Assembly (NCBI RefSeq): GCF_006345805.1
Contig: NW_021829618.1
Span: 1-32,149, forward strand
Direction of reading: 5' to 3'
DNA: 32,149 nt
DNA from: Octopus sinensis
Lineage: Eukaryota
Below are positions 31,342-32,149 of this stretch, in pieces. The stretch's first letter is position 1, and every line of letters starts with the position of its first letter. The notes under the pieces are model-generated. The model made no database searches and was not told where the DNA came from. It saw only the letters and a program-made list of their open reading frames with translations. The translations under genes and the position numbers were made by a program.

Positions 31342-32149
31342 ATCCCGCTTTCTGTAGTCCCACGTAAACTCAACGTGCACTATGAGCTGAGAAAGAACGG
31401 AGCTCATCTCAACCACCTTTTCTTCGTGGAGAATTTAAAACTGTTGGCAAAAACAGAGCCTGAAATGGAGACGTTGGTTGAGACTGTGCAGTTGCGCAGC
31501 AAGGATATAGGGATGGAAATCGATATCTCGAAGTGTACGGTGCTTACTATGAAGCGAGGTAAAAGAGTATATTGTAGGGGCATAGAATTGCTAAACAGAG
31601 AGAGAATGGAAGACCCGGATGATGATGGGTATAAATACCTTGGGATCCTGGAGGTGGACAATATCTTGACCAGAGAAATGAAAGACAAGGTCATCACTGC
31701 ATATTTCAAGCGCCTCAAAATTCTCGTTCAAATCAAGGATCCTTGTGACTGCCATCAACATATGGGCTGTTGCTGTAGTCCGCTATAGTGCACCCATCCT
31801 GAGATGAGCACAAGCGGAGGTTGACCAACTCGATCGCACTACCCGAAAGACAATGATAATGCACGGTGCCCTCTACCCTAAGGCAAATGTACACCGGCTC
31901 TACATGAAGAGAGGCAAGGGTGGACGTGGGCTGGTTAGCGTACGGGAGTGCATCAACAGCGAAGAAGAACATGGCAGAAATACTTGGTTAACAGCAAAGA
32001 AGACCTGCAACAGTATGCTGCTGGTGCGAAGGAGTTAACAAAAAAAATGGACTTGAGGGTGCTCATGAATTCCGAACAAGACAGCCAACGAGAGAGAAGA
32101 AACCCTACTCCGTATGGAATACAATGGAGTTCCCCGTGAAGCTAACAAT
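31342..32149 (+). pseudogene. R4/Dong-clade reverse transcriptase fragment, inactive
   Basis: LNHLFFVENLKLLAK (catalytic F.DD degenerated to FVEN), DIGMEIDISKC, GYKYLGILE, AINIWAVAVVRYSA, HRLYMKRGKGGRGL; frameshifts and stops. Confidence 0.9.

Overview
Eukaryotic, AT-rich, repeat-saturated non-coding DNA (intergenic or deep intronic). The SINE and microsatellite repertoire resembles that of an octopus or other coleoid cephalopod (inference from memory of the families, not from a search). I see no intact protein-coding gene; nearly all ORF-track entries are microsatellite or SINE translations. Supported features: one tRNA-Lys(UUU) gene (1601-1673, -); several tRNA-derived SINE families, including 2-7-unit concatemers; two non-autonomous Helitrons; three DNA-transposon derivatives (hAT-like MITE, GG..CC-ended MITE with telomere-like repeats, internally deleted Tc1/mariner); dead fragments of L1/Tx1, R4/Dong, CR1 and probably Penelope-like retroelements; and many microsatellites. 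The most interesting observations are: a perfect 88-bp-arm fold-back carrying a minimal hammerhead ribozyme on each strand (22272-22472); SINE concatemers with a fixed junction in the tRNA-like head; a 3' tail shared by a SINE and an L1/Tx1 LINE; three SINEs with one head and three different tails; a tRNA gene directly followed by a retroposon 3' tail (proto-SINE layout); and recurrent ~145-150 bp local inverted duplications. Coordinates were counted by hand and may be off by a few bases at degenerate ends.
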